64,000 bases of DNA from Oikopleura dioica. Taxonomy: Eukaryota > Animalia > Chordata. How positions within the stretch are numbered: the stretch's first letter is position 1; each line of letters begins with the position of its first letter. Below the pieces are notes generated by a model, which had not been told where the DNA came from, did no database searches, and saw nothing but the letters and a program-made list of their open reading frames with translations. The DNA lies in NCBI GenBank assembly GCA_907165135.1, contig OU015569.1, positions 8,060,001 through 8,124,000 of the forward strand, in the 5' to 3' direction. The translations under genes and the position numbers were made by a program. Below are positions 62,879 to 64,000 of this stretch, piece after piece.

Positions 62879-63920
62879 TCAGTAACAATTTCTTCGAACA
62901 GTTCCATCTGCGCAGCATTGTTTATTTGGGTTGAGCGCATTGTAGAGAATGTAAGGTCTAAATACAAAATGAAATACTTCTCGAGGAAGGACAGAATAAG
63001 AAACTCCGTCTCCAGTCATTCTATGACTCCCTGTCATCAATTTTTTAATAAAACGCGGTTTTCGCGCATCACCGCTTACTTGTCGTAACCGCCGCAGCAT
63101 TCGGGCTGTGCTGGGCTGCCGCGGCCGGGGCAGTCTTCCTCCGCGCTCCACCCGATCGTCGACCAGAAGCCATGGTAGTCGCCGTTGAAAACGCTCAGTG
63201 CATTTGTTTCGGCGAGCTTCCTAGCATACATGGCGTCACACTCATAGATCGCCCGTTTGCAAGTGCCAGCGTTATTTCCAGGAACTGTTTCGCCGTAGCT
63301 GTCCACTTCCCACTGGTACTTAACTGCTTCTGGAATGCACATCTCGCCGAACTCCATCTTTCACAGGGTTTATTGATGAACTTATCTTAATAATTCTAAA
63401 AGCAGCATTACGTCTGCATTTCCTATCATTCAGATAACGGGAAGTTGCGACTCTAAATAAAAACTAGCTTTGATCAAACTGTCTCCTTGTCACTTGTAGC
63501 GTTGCCAAAATACAGGGAAAAAGAGAAATAACAATCCAACAATTTTGGGCAAAGAAAACTTATAAGTGCGAGCGCAAAGGATGTCAACTCAGGACGGCAA
63601 CGTTTCGTCGGTGTTTATGGTACAATTTGAGATTTTATTTTAGAGTACACAACTTAACTTTCGTGTGCTGCGTGCCTTTTTTTGAATGCGATGTGATTAG
63701 GTAAATCCTGATTCCTTTACGCAGTGGATGCATTCTTTGTACTGTCGACAGACGTTGTCCAACTGGTCAACTGGTTTACCTCGACCTCTGGTAGACATTG
63801 CGCGATCACCTAGCATCAAGCAGTGACATCCGTAGTACCACTGCTCGCGCTCGTCAAAGCCAGGATTGTAGTGCTGTGTAATAGCCAGAAGATCTACGTA
63901 GCGTCGTTGTTGTTGCATGC
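62879..63920 (-). CDS. Secreted phospholipase A2-fold protein, paralogue of 53622-54394; 5' exon(s) at or beyond the window edge
   Basis: WYYGCHCLMLGDRAMSTRGRGKPVDQLDNVCRQYKECIHCVK|MEFGEMC..CKRAIYECDAMYA..YHGFWSTIGW..CCGGYDK|PYILYNALNPNKQCCADGTVRRNCY*. Confidence 0.85.
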
Positions 63921-64000
63921 CTAAAACGGGATGAAAATGATAACTTGCTAGCTTATTGAAAAATGCGTTTAGAACAGCTTTGATCCAAAAGTTGGCAGCG

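Noticed and set aside
1-64000. CRISPR arrays, rRNA, prokaryotic operons or intact transposase/reverse transcriptase ORFs
   Set aside because: None seen. The window is intron-rich eukaryotic DNA without regularly spaced direct repeats or DDE/RT motifs.

Overview
Gene-dense animal genomic DNA, most consistent with the appendicularian tunicate Oikopleura: introns mostly 30-70 bp, several GA-AG/GC-AG introns, and very short same-strand intergenic gaps. The species assignment is inferred from architecture. All gene models were spliced by eye, so exon boundaries are approximate. Recognisable genes are a six-PDZ PDZK1/NHERF-like scaffold, an SLC30/ZnT zinc transporter, ZNF608/609 (scribbler), XPR1, an hnRNP A/B/D-type two-RRM protein, a C3orf20/FAM194-like gene, LRIG, CBF-beta, a MET/RON/TAM-class receptor tyrosine kinase, and two secreted PLA2-fold paralogues that lack the catalytic His/Asp. 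About ten orphan genes are also present. Four non-autonomous inverted-repeat DNA elements were found, with apparent 6-, 4-, 9- and 8-bp target sites. The 9-bp-TSD foldback (24595-25697) interrupts a 131-codon ORF that is restored when the element is excised in silico. The 8-bp-TSD foldback (57853-58560) appears to have duplicated a splice donor of the RTK gene. A small orphan protein carries a perfect FFAT motif. No rRNA, tRNA, CRISPR or intact transposase was recognised.
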